Shown one piece after another: positions 35,861 through 36,492 of a stretch of DNA of 36,492 nt (positions within the stretch are counted from its first letter, which is position 1; the number at the start of each line of letters is the position of its first letter). Source of the stretch: Phoronis australis (Eukaryota; Animalia; Phoronida). The position numbers and the translations under genes were made by a program. The DNA lies in the NCBI GenBank assembly GCA_002633005.1, contig NMRA01001155.1, positions 10,925 to 47,416 on the forward strand, given 5' to 3'. The notes below the pieces were generated by a model. The model saw only the letters and a list, made by a program, of their open reading frames with translations. It was not told the DNA's origin and searched no databases.

Positions 35861-36251
35861 GAGTGACGTTACCATGACTTTTTGATCAAATTTAGCAAAA
35901 AAGAACGGTACAATGATAACAAAACAAAAAGGTGTCAACAACACGATCAATGTTATTTGATATAAATTAACAAGGTGAGATATCAAAAAAGGTGTTACAG
36001 TTTTCTAAAATATCATTTCGTTCCCTTATATGCAACTTTTTGCATGAAAATCATAAAAATCCTGCTTTTTTCGATCATAGCCACTCATGCAAAAGTGGAA
36101 CATTTCAACACCAATTCCTCAACGTTTTCGAGAAAAGGGCATAAAGCGTAGTGTCAGGAAGTTTTATATCAGTGAATCCGATCAGCCGTTTCTAAGATTT
36201 GATGTTGCGAGGTAAAAAAGTTTGGCCATTTTCACAGAATCCTACATAACT
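35861..36251 (+). mobile_element. Old dispersed repeat, copy 3 (Kolobok-like right end ...CCTACATAACT|TTAA)
   Basis: Homologous to 22642-22877 and 27826-28008; ends in CT followed by TTAA (36252-36255). The left end was not found. Confidence 0.6.
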
Positions 36252-36492
36252 TTAAGTATGAAGACGTTATAAAATCTTTTCTAGAGTTGCATGCAGACCA
36301 AATTTGACCTATGAATTGACATTAGTTTGTGTCATCCTCGTAAAACGACACAAGTTACTCGCATTACAATTTTTGGGCGAGCTAGATGGCACGCAATAGT
36401 AACACAAAACGTCACTGAAGTTTCAATCATGAGTCACTATAGGCAACGACGTGAGTTTTTGGTTGACCGAGTGGGGAGGGGGGGGGGGGGGG

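Overview
This is AT-rich, repeat-dense eukaryotic DNA from a draft scaffold. It has three N-gaps (7037-7627, 17751-18098, 30824-30966) and three single-N joins (10219, 28430, 35053). The mix of transposon types suggests a marine invertebrate animal (inference only). I found no intact host gene, rRNA, true tRNA or CRISPR array, and most listed ORFs are chance, microsatellite or N-gap artefacts. The window is a layered record of transposable elements. (1) A 5.0-kb TTAA-flanked TIR element (12092-17117) carries a decayed two-exon Sola3-like transposase gene lacking its catalytic core. (2) Four MITEs in two subfamilies each have a perfect 5-bp TSD and CAGTGGCGGAT-type ends, and one subfamily contains a tRNA-derived A-box/B-box cassette. 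(3) Several other non-autonomous TIR elements are present, including one nested pair. (4) Two near-identical young LINE endonuclease fragments, an older CR1/L2-group RT relic split by a MITE, and a LINE 3' tail are present. (5) There are many mini- and microsatellites, including a CAG/CTG fold-back. Family assignments rest on motifs I recall and need database confirmation. I see no firm evidence of a wholly new biological system; the best candidates for novelty are the tRNA-cassette 5-bp-TSD MITEs and the atypical Sola3-like element.
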